In this document: in pieces, positions 62,461-64,000 of the stretch
Layout of the letters: every line of letters starts with the position of its first letter
Numbering within the stretch: the stretch's first letter is position 1
Source of the DNA: Eukaryota sp. GEM-RC1
Taxonomy: Eukaryota
Assembly: GCA_040285855.1 (NCBI GenBank)
Contig: JAUFOQ010000004.1
Span: 682,001-746,000, forward strand
Direction: 5' to 3'
Length of the DNA: 64,000 bases
Made by a program: the position numbers and the translations under genes
The notes under the pieces: model-generated
Databases searched by the model: none
What the model saw: only the letters and a program-made list of their open reading frames with translations
Told to the model about the DNA's origin: nothing

Positions 62461-64000
62461 TTAATCCATCTGAAGAACACCCTCAATTAAACTAATAAAA
62501 TCATCAATAAAAGGATCAGATTCGACCATTAAATCATCTTCACTGATTAAATTTTTAAAACAAGCTAATAATTCAGATACGACTGACTTGAAGTCAATTC
62601 CCAACTTGTCAACCAAATGATGTGACAAAGAACAACACAATATTAATGATCCTTGACAAAGACCAGGCGAACGGTGGACAATTTCCTTTAAATAGTGAGG
62701 TAGAATTCTAAAAACTGAGATTGAACTGCCAGAAATAGAATTTAAAATTAGTACACAAAAGAGGTTAAATTCACGAATATTTCAGAATCACTGATTGACG
62801 ATAATTCTTCAATTGAAGCAGGTAAGTGCTGTAGAGGCAAAGTTACTCTGGAAAGAGATTCAACGACAAAGGAAAATATTGTTTTGAAAAAATTAACAAT
62901 ATTTGAACGAAACTGACCGTCGACACATTGAAGTGTTAGCGTACCATCGGCAATCTTTTGGAAAATGAAAATGAAATCTTGATGAATTGTTTAAATTTTG
63001 ATTTAAATTCGTCATCAAGTCCATTTCTTAAACATTTTGGTTCACATATAGTCAACAATAACTTGGTTGTTTGTTGAAGCTTCGACAACAATTCCCCAGC
63101 AAAACCTTTCTTGTTTCCATCGACAATCAACTCTCTCTCAATCACAGAAATGATTGTCATCATCACGTCAACAAGATTGGCTTGATAGTGAACTGCCGAA
63201 CTAGGCATGTGTTCACAAACCATTTGTGTGATTGAAATTATTTGATTACAAAGCTGAATAAATGGTTTGTTTTGCTCATTTACAAGGGGTACACAGCCTG
63301 TTTCTAGAATGGCACTGGTAACAGAAACAAAAACGGAAAGAACAACTGGAATGGGTTGAGTGATTGAGGTAAAGAAATCAGGGGAAATCGAATCATTGTT
63401 TGATTCAATCACTGACGAGAAAGCAGTTGACCAATCAGAAACGAGATCAATCAAATAATCATCACAGAAAGTGATAATGTCGGTTATGGCAGTTGATCGG
63501 AAGGATTCAGATTTTCCAATTACGGCGACAATCAACTGTAGATAGGAAACTACACGTGATGATAACTTTGGATCAATTGCCGTTTGTGAAGAGAGACCGG
63601 GTAGCATCGATGATACAGAATCACAGGCACGACTTTTCATAAAATTTAAAATTTTGGAAAACACTGGCGATGATATAACTTGAGAAAACTCGTCCAATGA
63701 AAGCAAACTCGAGATCAAAACAGTTAATTCTTCCTGGTCATTCTCAAGGGCATAACTTAAAGCAACATTAATTAATTCTGGTGAAGAACAACAAGAAATG
63801 TAGAGTTTCTGCAATGATGACGTCATCAGGGCTAATGAGTCACTAATGAAGTCGATCCAAGTAGAATCAGATGAAAAATTTGAAAATATTTGAATAATTA
63901 TGTGGGTGATGATGTCATAGGATGATGATTTTTTCAAAGAACTGAAATACTTTGGATTTAAAGGGGATGGGATTGAGGAAAACATAACATCAGGAGGTTT
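62461..64000 (-). CDS. 3' part of a large alpha-solenoid-like protein that starts beyond the window; candidate 32-nt intron 62913-62944
   Basis: Frame is open to the window edge; a GTACGC..CAG intron and one frameshift near 62780 extend the ORF to a stop at 62461. Confidence 0.6.

Noticed and set aside
62936..63985. Faint resemblance of LLSKLQQTTKLLLTIC to the FANCD2 C-terminal region
   Set aside because: One short helical motif is not enough to name the gene
1..64000. Alternative genetic code (stop-codon reassignment) as the cause of split ORFs
   Set aside because: Breaks are frame changes or introns, and TAA, TAG and TGA all terminate conserved genes at expected positions

Overview
Gene-dense, AT-rich eukaryotic genomic DNA, most likely from an anaerobic flagellated protist. 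Methionine gamma-lyase, a prokaryote-type ADP-dependent sugar kinase, SF-assemblin and metamonad-like short introns suggest a free-living metamonad; this assignment is inference. About 30 protein genes are present, including HSBP1, DPH5, RPS3A, a NEK-like kinase, p24/TMED, NOP9, calcineurin B, PSMB1, CCDC77, PTRHD1, COPE, shugoshin, VAMP7, cyclin B, MDH and RLP24. There are also two tRNA genes and a complete, foldable nuclear RNase P RNA gene hidden under spurious ORFs at about 34629-34913 (- strand). Seven 28-32 nt spliceosomal introns were found; six place the branch-point A at a fixed distance from the 3' AG. Intergenic space holds nine hAT insertions with 8-bp TSDs from eight TIR families, several TA-flanked Tc1/mariner-type MITEs, a probable excision footprint, and many 3' fragments of an RLE-type non-LTR retrotransposon. 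Many genes are split by single-base indels, mostly in homopolymers, which are probably long-read consensus errors. The motif TGACGTG appears over-represented.
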